Below are positions 1 through 532 of a stretch of DNA of 532 bases, in pieces. The notes beneath the pieces were generated by a model. That model saw nothing but the letters and a program-made list of their open reading frames with translations. It was not told the origin of the DNA and ran no database searches. Position 1 is the stretch's first letter. The number at the start of each line of letters is the position of its first letter. Source of the DNA: a phage. The position numbers were made by a program, and so were the translations under genes. The stretch lies in the sequence record EF517005.1; one strand, given 5' to 3'.

Positions 1-532
1 GCTTCGGTCGTATCCGTGACCTTGAAGCTAAGCACTTCAAGAAAAACGTTGAGGAACAACTCAACAAGCGCGTAGGGCACGTCTACAAGAAAACATTTAT
101 GCAAGTTGTCGAGGCTGACATGCTCTCTAAGGGTCTACTCGGTGGCGAGGCGTGGTCTTCGTGGCATAAGGAAGACTCTATTCATGTAGGAGTACGCTGC
201 ATCGAGATGCTCATTGAGTCAACCGGAATGATTAGCTTACACCGCCAAAATGCTGGCGTAGTAGATCAAGACTCTGAGACTATCGAACTCGCACCTGAAT
301 ACGCTGAGGCTATCGCAACCCGTGCAGGTGCGTTGGCTGGCATCTCTCCGATGTTCCAACCTTGCGTAGTTCCTCCTAAGCCGTGGACTGGCATTACTGG
401 TGGTGGCTATTGGGCTAACGGTCGTCGTCCTCTGGCGCTGGTGCGTACTCACAGTAAGAAAGCACTGATGCGCTACGAAAACATTTACATGCCTGAGGTG
501 TACAAAGCGATTAACATTGCGCAAAACACCGC
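1..532 (+). CDS. 1: Partial (internal) CDS of a T7-like phage single-subunit DNA-dependent RNA polymerase, covering approximately residues 150-327 of the T7 RNAP numbering; truncated at both window edges
   Basis: Frame 3 (codons at 3-5, 6-8, ...) is open over the whole window. The translation FGRIRDLEAKHFKKNVEEQLNKRVGHVYKK...GISPMFQPCVVPPKPWTGITGGGYWANGRRPLALVRTHSKKALMRY...PEVYKAINIAQNT matches the T7 RNA polymerase N-terminal domain as recalled from memory, with 5 of about 176 residues different. E222 (GAG, 216-218) and P266 (CCG, 348-350) are in their wild-type state. No start or stop codon in frame, so both gene ends lie outside the window. The symbol '1' is the T7 gene number, not a bacterial-style gene name. 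Confidence 0.95.
240..287 (+). other. Sub-region of the RNAP CDS encoding the promoter-intercalating beta-hairpin (approximately residues 230-245 in T7 numbering: HRQNAGVVDQDSETIE here)
   Basis: Positional mapping onto T7 RNAP numbering from the translated frame. The hairpin's function (duplex opening, Val237 stacking on the template) is established knowledge for T7 RNAP. The exact hairpin boundaries are approximate and given from memory. Confidence 0.6.

Noticed and set aside
399-430. Short triplet reiterations (ggtggtggc; cgtcgtcgtcc)
   Set aside because: These are just consecutive Gly-Gly-Gly and Arg-Arg codons in the GGGYWANGRRP motif of the polymerase, not a tandem repeat, CRISPR repeat or slippage tract of independent significance.
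444-456. Weak resemblance of 'cgtactcacagta' to the T7 promoter core (ACGACTCACTATA)
   Set aside because: Only a partial match. It lacks the upstream TAATACGAC recognition half and the TATAGGG initiation region. It sits inside codons for VRTHSK, which are conserved for coding reasons. No T7 promoter is known inside gene 1 at this position.
237-524. 95-aa ORF on the minus strand from the provided six-frame track
   Set aside because: It lies entirely antisense to a strongly supported RNAP coding frame. Its translation is low-complexity, rich in R/T/S/H, with no recognisable domain. Such antisense ORFs arise by chance opposite real genes. No support for an overlapping gene.
1-532. Possibility of a novel or undescribed system (defence system, mobile element, RNA gene) in the window
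   Set aside because: The entire window is accounted for by a single, continuous, extremely well-characterised coding frame (T7-type RNA polymerase). There is no intergenic space, no inverted or direct repeats of note, and no second credible ORF.

Overview
The whole window is an internal fragment of one gene on the + strand: a T7-type single-subunit DNA-dependent RNA polymerase (phage T7 gene 1 family). Reading frame 3 (codons starting at position 3) is open across the entire window with no start or stop, and translates to FGRIRDLEAKHFKKNVEEQLNKRVGHVYKKTFMQVVEADMLSKGLLGGEAWSSWHKEDSIHVGVRCIEMLIESTGMISLHRQNAGVVDQDSETIELAPEYAEAIATRAGALAGISPMFQPCVVPPKPWTGITGGGYWANGRRPLALVRTHSKKALMRYENIYMPEVYKAINIAQNT. 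This matches T7 RNA polymerase residues ~150-327 (N-terminal domain, including E222, the intercalating beta-hairpin and P266) as I recall the reference from memory, with no database access. Against that recalled reference there are five amino-acid differences (A181T, V227I, G238D, D310N, V311I) and probably one synonymous change. I see no new biological system here: this is a very well characterised gene. The points worth a second look are the variant residues, their one-directional mutational pattern, and the placement of G238D in the promoter-melting hairpin. The provided 95-aa minus-strand ORF is an antisense artefact. There are no RNA genes, CRISPR repeats, mobile-element ends or convincing promoters in the window.
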